A stretch of DNA of 64,000 nucleotides from Balanoglossus misakiensis (lineage: Eukaryota; Animalia; Hemichordata): the NCBI GenBank assembly GCA_040954595.2, contig CM082584.2:11932552-11996551 (forward strand). The letters are read 5' to 3'. Numbering within the stretch: the first letter of the stretch is position 1; the number at the start of each line of letters is the position of its first letter. Below, piece by piece: positions 26,101-38,376 of the stretch. Below the pieces are notes generated by a model. The model was not told the DNA's origin and searched no databases. It saw only the letters and a list, made by a program, of their open reading frames with translations. Both the position numbers and the translations under genes were made by a program.

Positions 26101-29100
26101 CTTGCCCGATCACGTCGAGGAAGAGATTCTGTAAACTAATGACAGACGCAGCGTCGCCAGATGAAGACAGATGCGGCCGTCAAAAAATGGCAGCATCAAA
26201 CTTCCCTATACGCAAATGACTCGCCTATCAGATGACCTTTCGTCTGGCAATTGCGCACGAGATGCGTTCCTCGATACCACCAAATAGTGACTTAACGAGA
26301 TCTTCATCACCGCACCTGTTACCCTCCCAACCAAAAGAGTCGCCATAATTGGAGATGCCCCAGTCACCTGGCATCGTTAGCCAGGTACCGGTTACATCTG
26401 AGCGTACGCAGGAGCAACGGTTGGTGGAGATGCGGTGGAGACATCGCGCAGCCCATCATAGTTACTTGTAACCATAAACTTTACAGGGCCATGTTACAGG
26501 TGGAGCGAAATTCTAGTGACACATGGGTCTGATCGTGTAGTGGTCAAAAACGCTAATCTCGAATCTTACCGCTAAACGTTTTTCTGTTCTTACATACATG
26601 TCAGATTGAATCTGATCCTGTCTTTCATGTGTAGCAGAGGTTACCTAACCATAAATCTTTGTGTAATCTGCCAAAAGAGCATGGTTGTTCCGGAAGGGAA
26701 GCTTTCTGAGGCTGTCTTCACCCAAATTAGCTGACGAGGCGTATAATCACGACTTGCTTTCCCAATTTCCAGCTTCCCCGTACAGAAACACTAATTATAG
26801 TCTGGCAACATCTGTGAAAAATAGGACGTTTTCTGCTTTCGCGTTATAAATCACGCTTTTTGAGTCGAAGAACAGAAAATACACATCCGCTATCTGGTTC
26901 ACGTTTCATTGTTCGGTTGGGGACTTCCAAATTGATTATTTGCAGAGGTAATTTCCATTGCTCAAAATGTCTACGTACTAATTTAGCAGATATCCATCTA
27001 CATTTCCGCTTTGAAATCACCTCATGTCGATCTGAAACGATCTGATATTTTGATATTTAGATTGATGGCAGGGAGCAAACCACCGCCTTGTTATTGTTTT
27101 TGATTTATCGTTGAATCTGATAAATCAATGTTTGCTTCAAAGTCCCCATGGGGAATTGTACCCAGCGAAACATGAAATGGGGGACATTCTACAAGTTTCT
27201 GGTATTCTCTGATCTTGTTACCATGGTGATTCTTTTTTCTAATTGCAGGAATGGGTTGACGAGTACATGACATGGAATGCGTCAAATTTCGGTGGTCTGG
27301 AATACTTCAAAATACCATCGGATAGACTCTGGATGCCTGATATAGTACTCTATGACAAGTAAGGGGAGAACCATTTGATTTTTAAGGGGGGGGGGGTAGT
27401 TTCGTAATTCTATGGTATTTTTTAAAAATATAGGTAAACACAAGCCATGTCATTCATTTTTAAAGTTTCCAATTTATCTGACTTCTGTTTATTTTAATAT
27501 CAGCGCCGACGAAAAATATGAAGATTATCGGAAGGGTCAGATTTGCGTGGTGTACTACAACGGATTCGTCAACTGGGCGGCACCGGTCATCTTCAAAAGT
27601 TACTGCAAGATCGACGTCAGAAGATTCCCGTTCGACAAACAGGAATGCCCGTTCAAGTACGGGCCCTGGCAACACGACGGAACCGAAGTGGAGGTCCACG
27701 GCATCGGTACGTCTCTGTCACGTGACTTGGCAATTTGCATATACATGTACATGTACCACTTACATGTACTGGTATGTCGTTCGTGTGCAGACACTGGTGT
27801 TCCCCAGCTCGTGTTTATACTCGATTTTTATCCTCCATTAATTCTGTCTACTCAGGGCACGGCATACCATCGCGTATCTCAATATCTCCATCATTATGTT
27901 TCGATGTAAGCAGGGGTTGATTATGCCCAAGGCGTTGTTGGCTAATTAACGCTATCAGTCTCTGACATCACTTTCAAACCCAGCTGCAACGAGGCGTTCT
28001 TGAGCACCGATACGGTTACTCAGACATGCGCAGCGATTGCTATCTTCTTCAGCTGTCGCCTGATGCAATCAATGCTTCCGTTAATGACGGCAGTGTAATT
28101 AACCAAAGGCCAACAAAATGTTAGCGCGCCCGGCCCCAGATATATACTTGGTTGACAGGATCTCCCTGAACAGTTGGAAAAATGTCGATGGTTTGTGTAT
28201 AAGCAAGAAATAGCACTTGCGCAGTTCAGACGACTCCTCCCTTTAATTTGGAGCGCGTGTTGTCGACTATTGGAATTTCATAGATTTTTTTCATACATTT
28301 TAGGTAACAATTCTGTGTTTCGAAGCGACGGCCAGTGGGACCTTGTCGAGCTGGAGGTACGAAACAACGTCGAGTTCTACCCAGACGCACCGGGGATCCC
28401 GTACACCGATGCCACCTTCGTAGTGCACCTCAATCGACGCCCCTTCTTCTATGTCTTCAACTTGGTCATGCCGTGCGTCCTGATTTCCATCTTCACCATG
28501 ATAAGCTTTTTCCTGCCTGCCGATTCCGGGGAGAAAGTCAGTTTTGGGATAACCGTGCTGCTCTCCTTGACGGTGTTCTTACTGCTGGTGGCTGAATCTA
28601 TGCCCCCGACGAGTGACGTGCCCGTTATAGGTAGGCCTAAACACATTTCCACAGTTTCATCCTTCCTATACATCTACTCCTTCATAGAACATAGTGAGCA
28701 ACTATCTGTGGTAACATATATATATTAAACGCCCCCCCCCCTCATTTTAACCCCAACGGATTAACCGACGCCATTCCCCCTCCCAACCCACAGAAACTGA
28801 ACGGTCCCTGGTCGAGGGTCCCCAGGTGAGTTCACCGACATAAGAAGGCCAAGAAATGGCGAAAAGATCCTCCGTAAACGTCGATTTAGTTTCATTTGCA
28901 GTGAAAATCCCTCGACATTAAAGCTTTATTACCAATAACCTACACTGTAAAGATCTTCTTTCGTCCGAGGCAGTTGAGCAAAGCAATTTGGCGGTAAACG
29001 TTGTTAACATAACTCGTCTGGACAGGATCGTTCGTTCCGTACTAGTACATGTATACGTCTGATCTCGCGTATCGTTTAAATTTGCGTACATAGAGAAACC

Positions 29101-30699
29101 TTGCCATAAAATTGTTCAGGATTTCAGCGACAGACTCATACGCTCCTGATCGCATGCTTGATTTCAAATGTCGTTCAATGATACAACACGTTTTCAAGGA
29201 TTGGCCCCAATTAGGCTTGTGCAATCAGACCGTCTAAAGAGTCATTTCCCAGTGAACGAGAAAATCGCCCACATATATTCACGTCAACGGGGCAGGCAAA
29301 TAAACACCGGTAATAAACATATGTAGAAACGTGCTCCTCTGCCGGAACATCATTAGTTATCGGCGTCCGGAATTACAAACATCTCGCTATTCCAAATTGT
29401 CACCATTTAAAATGGAAAAAAGTGCAGAGTTACGTGGCTAAAATCTTAATAAAGTCGTTTCATTTCCCTGCCGACATTTTACCGTGTTTTGAAACATATT
29501 GACGACGTTAAGTAAACCCTGGAGGCACGAAGCGATTTTCATTCGAGTGGCGTGCGCGCCTCTGTCCCTGTGTCGGGTGAGCGAACATTTGAAATGGAAA
29601 GTTTAACAGAAAGAAACCCATTTGGTGCCAAGTTGGTCCCGCTGTAAACGTGAACGTCTTTCGAGCGCATGTTATATTTCGGAAGGCTCGCTATGATCAT
29701 AATGATGATTATTATCGGAATTTAACCAGAGTCGTTGTGTCTACCGAATAGTAGCCAAAATGGCGAATGTCATGGGAAAGTTTCCTGTATTGGTATTTGT
29801 TCCGCCCAATTTACTTTAATCCTTGACATGGAAATTGAAGAATCAACAACTGATGCGCATCCTTACGACAGAGGGCAGGAAATTAAAATGACTCGGCTGA
29901 AATGGGTGGTGTAATCTTGAGATACCTGTTGATGTCTGAGAAGATTGGAGATAGACAGACAGAGACATGCATGCCGCCTCGGACAGACAGACAGACAAAC
30001 AGAACTATACGGGCAAATGGGTTCGCACGTAACACAAAACCATTTACATCACTAAAATAGATGTGCACTGTGTATCTCATTGTGGATCCAAATGTTGTTT
30101 CTACAGGTCAATATACGGCGGCAACAATGATTATGGTGTCGTTTTCTGTTTCCATGGCAATATTGACCTTGCACGTGCACCACCAAGGACCCAACGTCCG
30201 GCCTGTGCCGAGGTGGATACGACGCTTTGTGCTCGGGTATCTGGCTCGCTGCATCTTCCTTTGCAGGGACAAGAAAATCTCCAAGCGCCACTTACGGGGA
30301 TCCCGGTCCAGGGAGCATGTACCGACCATGGAATACACGGAGACGTGCAACTCGTTGCTGAGCAACCAGGACATGGAGGATAACGGGATTGTTATTCAGA
30401 TGAACGGGCCAAACGACAGCATGAAGATCAACAACCCGAGTTCCGTGCTGCACACGTCGATGACGTCAGTTGTAAACAGACAGTCGTATCATTGTGGCCG
30501 CGACCAGCTCAAAGTCATGAACCAGATTTTGCAGCAGGTTCGAACTCTGACCGACAGATTTGAGGAGAGGGACAAGAAAATTGTCTGGCAGAACGAGTGG
30601 AAGGAGGTTGCAGAGGTCGTGGACAGGCTTTTCATGATTATCTACGTCATAGGAACAGTTGCAACGATGTTGTTTATCGCGGCGCAGATCATGTACTGA
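8192..30699 (+). CDS. Nicotinic acetylcholine receptor-like subunit gene 2 (paralog of gene 1)
   Basis: Tentative signal-peptide exon 8192-8303 (MYNVAGYLSSHLLIIVGLLTILIFII.., phase-1 donor), then 16868-17007 (YRLVQHLFKNYSSEIRPV..SKILEM), 21135-21179 (DEKQQTLKVNSWLTL), 27249-27358 (WMPDIVLYDN), 27504-27706 (Cys-loop), 28304-28630 (loop C, GEKVSFGITVLLSLTVF), 30107-30699 (TM3-TM4, stop). Exon sizes 45/110/203/327 are identical to gene 1. Exon 1 is lower confidence than the rest. Confidence 0.9.
17643..17891 (+). mobile_element. Possible decayed Crypton/DUF3504 tyrosine-recombinase N-terminal fragment in nAChR gene 2 intron
   Basis: Peptide ERFQASMDRKDLTEIRRSRALQNTRKSNRWGMFVWDE resembles the RF..s..el.......NT.K.T.W pattern of Crypton/ZMYM/QRICH1-type proteins (recognised from memory); no catalytic domain seen. 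Confidence 0.35.
18696..18861 (-). mobile_element. Dispersed repeat, copy 2 (same family as 7149-7345)
   Basis: Reverse complement reads GTAGTACGCACCTCGGG...TTTTTGAAAC..GTGTTCAAAGTCTT..GACATAACA..GCGGCCATTTTGAAT. Confidence 0.55.
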
Positions 30700-33232
30700 G
30701 GGTTGCGGGACCGTGCGCTGGTTTTCATCACGTGCCGCTACCACGAACCAGATGCAAAGAAGTGGTCAAAATTAAACGCAATGAAGATTTCAGACTCGAT
30801 GATTTTTTTAAAGTACCAAAGATAAAGATATATTCAAATTCTTAGTGTGTTGTTTTTGTGCATTTAGTATCACCCACGTCTCTGGCAGATAGAGTGATAC
30901 GACGTAATTTTTCAAGTCGTCTATTTTTCAAGAGATTCGCCACTTGTGCTTATGCATACTAATATTGCATGCTGGGAACAAGCTCGAGAGTGTATTGTCA
31001 CGGATCCAAGCAATAAGAGGAGTACTGAGACTTTAAAAGGTAAAATAAAATGAAGTCGAATTATTATACTGTAAGTTAGGATAGTCAACAATGTGCACTT
31101 TCCACCCTTACAGTAGAAATTTACCACCCTCTAAATTATTTGTAGGTAATGTATTAATGACAATTTTGATGTTTAAAACGTTCGTTACAGGATATTTACT
31201 CGTCTCAGTTTAGTTACAGCCCAAAGTATAGTAAAAGTAACGTGTTCCATTTTATATATTTTCTAGATGTTTTACAGTGCTTGGGTCAATTAAAAACACA
31301 CCATTCGTCTAATTCTTCCCGGGGTATAATATCGAACTGACGCTTTTACTACGAAAACATTTCTTTTAATGTTCGAATATCAAACAAATATGCATGTTGG
31401 TTAGATGGTTTTGCTGTTGCCTTGGGGTTTCAAGTTGTATTTTTACAATTTCTTTATCCATAGAAACATTGGAACGCAAACTTCCATTCAACGTTTGTGC
31501 AAAAATGATTATTGGTGAATAAGAAAATTAATCAAAGACGAAAACCTTTTGTGTACATTTATTAATCTTCATTTGTGACTCGCTGAGTTACATCAAATAA
31601 GAAAAAATCTAAAACTAGTGACATTGTGTATATCGTTCTGATTTATACAATACTTGTCTGGACTCATTTTGCGTAAGGGAAATGTAACCCTTTACTTTAA
31701 AAAAAACACGCTTTCGAATTCGGTTTAATTTGCACCGAAATACTTAGCAAAATTAGCCAATGCTTGTCAGCAATAATGTACAGGTTTCAGCTCTCTTGGA
31801 TTTTAAATTTAAAGAATCAAAGCAAAAACAGTGATCAGAAATATAAGTTGCTATAGACAATAAAAACTTATTTCTCCCCAAAATAGTCCAACTATTTGTC
31901 TCTTTAATTTGGTTTATTCAGTTTGAACAGTATGTACAAATATTTCGTCCTCCAGACCAATAAATGACCAGTCCCTTGGTGGCGAACGCTTCCCTTGATT
32001 GGCAGACGGATAGTCACGCCCACCCATATTACCATATTCATTGGACGGTTATGTGAGGTCGTTCACTTTGGTGTACTACGCGTTCACAATCTTTTCCAGA
32101 CCTAATACTGCCATGTCCGAAAAAGGCAAGTACCAATTATTTGTCCGTCTGTTCCATGTAATTGTTTTCACGGTGACGTTTCCCTCTTTCTGTGAAATCT
32201 GACCAGATGGCATTTTTTTAGTTTTAAGAAAAACGCCGGCGTTTCAAAGTTTCCTGTTCAAAGCACAGCTGTTGCCGACAATGAATACACGATGAATAGT
32301 TTTGTCCCCTTCACGACTTTCCATACCCACAAGAGAAACTCTCTCCGTACTTGTGGTAGATCCACGTTACCCTTTGGGTGAACACACCATCGTGTGAATG
32401 TTACAATGTTCTGCTCGCTTCACAGAAAACTTGGTCCCTCTGTCGTCCATCAATCACAGCCAATTTCAAACATCCAACAATGGTGATCCAGACTGCGTCG
32501 TAAGTACAGTCACAACGACAAACACGAGTGAAAGAGATATCCCATAAATTAAACAAAGCCTCCTTGTTCTACCTGTGGCTGTCGTGACCTGAGCTCATCC
32601 ATTTTCCTGCGAAAAATACGAAATTGACAGACAATCTTAGCTTTAACACGTCTTCCTTGCTATGTGAAATAACATTTTCCTGCCATTTTAGGGGCACGCT
32701 GTTTTTTCGCATTTTTACAATCACACGCCTTACAAAACGGCTTTATTTTAATTCGCATAGGAGTTGGCTACACGCACGATGTGCTTCGTGTGTGTGAAGG
32801 AATATTTGAATCGACCATTGTGCACGGCCGAACAATCACGGTCACTCCACCACGGAACAATCGACTCTTTGTAGTATAGCCAGCCAGTTTCGTGGCGACC
32901 ATACACCTTCGCGTGTGGTGTTTTGGCAATTTAGATTACGGCTGTGGGCACTTGTAGATGCTTCAACACTAAGTCGTACTCGAAAGTGCCATATCCTTTG
33001 CTTGAAAAAGTTTGTTTTTAGATTTATGCGAATCTTGCTGCACTTTCACCCAACAAATATATGCAACCTCCGCAGGCTCGCTTACAATTAAAAGCATGAA
33101 TGAGACGCATGTTCTTTTTCTAGGTCGTCTTGCTTGACATGTGCATTGCATTGCTTTGCTTTCATGGTGTAGTGGGGTCAGACGCGACTCTAAATATCAC
33201 TTGACCGATTTCAACACGTCATCGACCAACAG

Positions 33233-33677
33233 GTGACCCAGCTGGGATCCTGCACGTTGCAGCCCCACTCTGTCCACGTGACCCTGAAGCCACGCCCACC
33301 TTTGCTGAACCCTCCGAACGACTACCTCTTTTTTGCCGTGTTCGTAACTCTGTGTTGTTTTTGGCCGACTGGACTCGTAGCCATCTTCCGTTCCATGGAT
33401 GTAAGTTCACAATTTTCTTTAAATCATTATCAACTTCCCACTATTTTTTATGTTCTAGAATAATTAAGTTTGTGAGAGAGGAAAGATGGAATGACCTCGG
33501 TTTGTGGGTGTTATTTGTACTCTGTAGGTCAGGAAAGCCTCGGCCGCCGGGGATGCGTACGCTGCCGTGGAAGCGTCGCATTCCACCAAACAACTTTCAT
33601 GGATATCTCTCGGAGTGGGCATCACAATCATCTTCGTCGTCTCCTTGCTCTACGTCATTTCCAAGCGTGCGTATTGA
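33233..33677 (+). CDS. CD225/dispanin family membrane protein (PRRT1/TMEM233/IFITM-like); 5' exon(s) uncertain
   Basis: Exons 33233-33400 (PPNDYLFFAVFVTLCCFWPTGLVAIFRSMD) and 33528-33677 (VRKASAAGDAYAAVEASHSTKQLSWISLGVGITIIFVVSLLYVISKRAY*); DYL..CC.WP.G.VAI and GD motifs; AATAAA at 33801. Possible first exon near ATG 32113 is not phase-resolved. Confidence 0.85.
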
Positions 33678-33990
33678 GCATGCGCCACGCGAAAGATGGA
33701 CCTCCGTTTAGATGGACCTGAAGTGTCGTCAAGACAACGAGATATCTGGGTAAACAAATATTGGAGGAGAACATAGGATATTTGCAATACAAATATATTT
33801 AATAAAATATCTGTGCCAAAAGTAGATATACCTGTACATATACTCAGGAAATTTCACAGGGTCAAATACAACTTAAATTTCCTAAAAGATCCCGGTAACA
33901 CTCGTAATTCCAATTCAATGTTTGCATCTTGGACAAAAGAAAAACCGGCTTCTGTGTAAATGGCAGTGGGTATCCATTCAGAGTGAATGA

Positions 33991-36190
33991 TCACCTCCGC
34001 TGGGCTGCTTCAATGAGCCAATTCAGAGCGGGTACAACACCATCTAAATCTTGGATGACCGCATTGTGGGCCTGAAAAAAGAGCAACACACAAAATGAAT
34101 GGAAAAGTTAAGTTCAGGTGTGCAGATGTAGACTGAAATAAAGCGTTACATGAGAAATCATTGTACGTTTTCATACAATTCATTCCTGACTACAGTAAAC
34201 CAGCAAACTGGGATGACCAAAGCTTACCATCCACGGCCTGTTAAGTTTCTGTAACTTTAACTTGTCTACCACGTCAATGCAGGGTATCCTTGGCGTCGTC
34301 GCCATGGTGACACATGATAAGACGAGAAGTGGAACATTCAGACTCTGCAGTGTATTCAGTTCACTCATCATGGCAATAAGTTCTGGCTTGCCAATGTCAA
34401 CTGTGGGAGAATGAGGCTATGGTCAGTCCCTTAAACCAATCATTTACAACTGAAAATTAAAATGCTTGTGTTCTCAGCAAAATATTTCCGTCTGATACAC
34501 CTTTTTTATTATTAAACATCTAACTCACTGTAATTGGAACCAGCCGTGGCTTCTACGACAAAGATGAAACCATCGACAGTTTTACATAGTTCCTTGATGG
34601 AGTCTTGGAGTTCAAAGGTCACATCATCATCTTCATCTCTTGAAGCAACGAGCAATCTGTTTCTTTCAGCCCTGTTTCCTAGGTTACCATTTTCTCTCTC
34701 CTTCCTGAAAGGGTTCGAATAAGTGTCTATGATTTCTTTAGGTTCATTTCGCTCATACCAACTCTCAAATCTACCGAAAATCATAAATTTGGTGGTATAA
34801 AAATCAATGCAAATCCCCTACTTACTTGGTTGCTGAGTATAGTGTGATGAGTTTCATTTCTTTGGAGCTCTCTTTGATGTTGATTGAGAAACCAGAGCCG
34901 ACTCCTACAACAAAACAATTTGTGTGTCATTAGTGACCAGTCATGAAAATACTGCTTCAGGTATAGCGCCCTCAGTGGTTACCCTCAGTGGTGCGCAACT
35001 ACAAGTTCACTGCACTTACTTACCCTCAATCTCACCAGGAAACATGCCCGTCACTTGAAACATAGGATTGCCGTTGAACAGAATGGCCCTGGTAATTCCC
35101 TTAACATTGGTTTCTAGGCCCGGTCCGAACATCACCAGACGTGGCGATTTCCTCGGGAAGAATGACCGCAGTAAGCTGGTGAACTGGAAGTGCCCAAATT
35201 TGCAATTGACTTCAGGATTGCACCTTATATATCTGCGTCACGAATACAAACAAGTAAAATGAATTATGGACATAGTTCTGGAAAAACTGGCTGGAATTTA
35301 CTCCCTCCATAGAAAAATCTACAAAAATGCATTATATTGACTTGTTCCCGGCTCAGTTCTCAGTGATCCGTCTAGATCATCAACTACCATTGTGGATGTC
35401 CCGTTTTCAAACTTTACCAGACACTTACATATTTTTATTGGTCAGGTCAGAGTTGACATCCACATAGGTCAGAGGACAAGACCTGTGTCCAATTTTGTCC
35501 CATTCCACCATGTCCTTTTCCAGGAGGGCTTTCCATAATAAATTGTCATTGGCTATTGCATTCCAGTAGTGGGAGGTTGACGCCACCCTGGCCAGGTCAG
35601 TCGCACGTAAGAAGGAAAATATGTAAAGTTGTATGTAGATCTAGAAGAAAAATAATCAATTGAATCTGTTAAATCTGGGGACTTTTAAGAATGTCAGACC
35701 CGACATGGTTGTTATACTTCGTGTTTTCGTTTTTATTAAAAGCTGTCGGTGGCTTCCAGTCAGCTCTCATTAAAAACTATTAGTGTGACAACAGTTTCAT
35801 GACCAAAAATTGACAATATAATGGTATGGTAGTCGTCCGCAATCAACAGGTGTCAAACCGTGTTACGATCAGTTCAACGTTCATGTTACAGACCAAATCT
35901 GGCGGTCGCATTAAAGACACGAGACCGAAAAGTTTGAAAGTACTTACCGGCAGGCCAGAAAAGCCAATTTCTGTCCCCAGAGTTTCACAGTCTTCGCATT
36001 GGTCATGATTCAGTGTTCCCATTTCTACATCTTGATCATCGGGTTGGTGTTGGGTGACAGAGTTATATAATTTCAAGGCGAAACTGAGTGACGATGTAAT
36101 AGCCGATTGTAAGTTAAAAACTCCTTCTTGTTCTTTCCTTCTCTCTAAAATCGACTTAATGTCCTCAACGCTCAATTCATTCCCGTACAT
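33991..36190 (-). CDS. FBXO4: F-box only protein 4
   Basis: Exons 36190-35948, 35640-35429 (F-box: LP|IYIQLYIFSFLRATDLARVASTSHYW..LLW), 35232-35024 (PRLVMFGPGLE), 34904-34826 (GVGSG..ITLYSAT), 34704-34529 (ELCKTVDGFIFV), 34400-34228 (PLLVLSC..LNRPW), 34071-33991 (LNWLIE..*). Motifs match vertebrate FBXO4; start codon tentative. Confidence 0.9.
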
Positions 36191-36446
36191 GGTTACGAGG
36201 AGACGTATTGCTTGCACTGCACTGAATGCGAGTCTATGTTTTAATGTGCTGTCGAGATCACTGCACTTGCTTGTATATGTATTCGTACGTGATATCTTCC
36301 AACGCATAAGTTCCAACGTGGAGCTGCTGAAAATAACAACATGACGTCATGGGAACACTTCCGCATTGCTGACGCGACGAGACTCTCGCAAAATCGCGGA
36401 TATAACTTGACGGGAGTGACCTTTCAACGTGAAAGCGAGGCTGTGA

Positions 36447-36462
36447 CCTCTTCGCCCTTTCT
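36447..36462 (+). promoter_or_regulatory. Polypyrimidine TCT/5'TOP-type initiator of RPL37, within the bidirectional FBXO4/RPL37 promoter
   Basis: CCTCTTCGCCCTTTCT ends ~11 nt upstream of the ATG at 36474, typical of ribosomal protein genes. Confidence 0.6.
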
Positions 36463-36473
36463 GGTCAAACAAG

Positions 36474-37875
36474 ATGGTGAGTGTTTGAGTATAGTGAAAT
36501 AAATCGGTTCCATCTCGGACAAAGTTTGATAGTATGGGTACATCAAGTGAGCTCAGGCATACAATGTAATCATGTGGTTGTGTTTTTGTCAATTTTACAA
36601 TAATATCTTGGGTGTATTTTTTCTGATGACATTCCAAATCCACCACTACCATCAGCATCTGAGTCCACAATGTGCATTGCGATCCGCCACCGATGCTAGT
36701 ATGCTTGAGCTCTTCAATAATATTCAGGGCCAATAAACAAAGGGTGACATAATGAAATATCTCAAAATGCAAATGTTCAAACCGGTCCCATTACGGTGAC
36801 GGGTACAGATAGGAAACTCTGCTGTTCATTGCAGATTATGATCGAGAGGAGCTGGGGGTGAAGGGGGGGGGGGGTGTCGTAACCCACTCACTGATTAGTC
36901 AAATGCCTTATCCAGTTTACCAAGCCAAGATCAAATGGCATGGACAACTCTCATAGTCTCTTCATTGAATGGTTTATAGTTCTGTCCACTGTCTGTAGCG
37001 TCAGAGGACCCCAGATCACAGTATCAAACGACTATAGAGACAGCAGGAGGGTTTGAGGGAACACTGGAAATAGTGTACAGTAATCGGAGAGGGGGGGGGG
37101 GGGGTAATGTACCTGCTACATACACTGAAAGTGAACCAATGTATACCACATGAATTTTTACCCACTGATTGTTGTCATATATTTGTTTCACAGACAAAGG
37201 GTACATCCAGCTTTGGGAAGCGGCACAACAAAACACACACTGAGTGTCGTCGCTGTGGTGGAAAGTATCACATCCAAAAGAAGAAATGTAGTTCTTGCGG
37301 CTACCCCAGTAAGAGGATCAGACACTGTAAGTTGGACTACCAAGATTATACATATCTTGTAATTTCTTTTCAAAACAAATTTATTTTTACCAATTCATGC
37401 CATGTCTGTCTCTGTGTAACGACCATTCTCTCCTGTTGATTTTTCTCATCAGACAACTGGAGCATTAAAGCTAAGAGGAGGAAGACAACTGGAACTGGTC
37501 GCATGCGTCACTTGAAAGTTGTCCAGAGAAGATTCAGGTAAGCTGCAGTCTACTAATCTGAGTTAGCATTTTCACCAAAGCCAAGTATTGTTTTGTCAGG
37601 CATAAGATTGTGATATTCATTAAGGATAGTTGCTTGTTGGGCTGTGAGAACTCCTAACCAGAATATCACTGGCAACAGTTATGGACACTCCTTGACATCA
37701 CACACACACAGTCAGTCAGTCATCCTTGCACACATTTGGGAGAAAATGGTGACTTAACCCGTGTTATCTTTTTCTCCGTAGGAATGGTTTCCGTGAGGGC
37801 ACAACACCAACACCACGTAAACGAGGCGGTGCACCAGCTGCTGCTCCCCAATCAACCGCTGTCGCCAAATCCTAG
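36474..37875 (+). CDS. RPL37: 60S ribosomal protein L37 (eL37)
   Basis: Exons 36474-36476 (ATG|gtgagt), 37194-37326 ([29 protein letters not shown]), 37453-37537 ([21 protein letters not shown]), 37782-37875 ([12 protein letters not shown]); AATAAA at 37961. Confidence 0.97.
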
Positions 37876-38376
37876 ATGATGAGACTCGAAAAAAAAAGAT
37901 CCTTTGACGAGTTCTTCATCTAACGTGTATATGTAAAGATTGTTTGCAATTTGTAAGGCCAATAAAAAGTTTGGTGGAACAGTCAATCTGGTTTCTGTGA
38001 TTCATTAAATGGTCTTTTCCAACTGTTATAGGAAGAAAGAGGTCCACAAATAATTTTGAATTTGGTCATGATATTTATTTATTTTGACAAGCTTTCCGTT
38101 AACTCCTGCCCTGATGGTAGTGGACTTGAAAATTGTCCACTGTAAGTACACAGATGTGTGTCAGTCCAACAGTCTCGAATATCCCTGAGAAAGAAAAATT
38201 ATGTTCACTCTGTCAGCAAGAAGCTGCTGATGTCCATCTACCCAGCCAATACCACACTCCTGATCTACATCAGTCCCGGGCCCGGTAACAACAGAACTGC
38301 TAGGCATCAGAACCCAACTACGGAATGTTTGCCTGCATTCTTTCCTTGCTTTCCCATCCATTCCCGTCCAGCCAAG

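Noticed and set aside
36347-36772. 141-aa - strand ORF
   Set aside because: Overlaps the RPL37 promoter and intron 1 with no recognisable homology.
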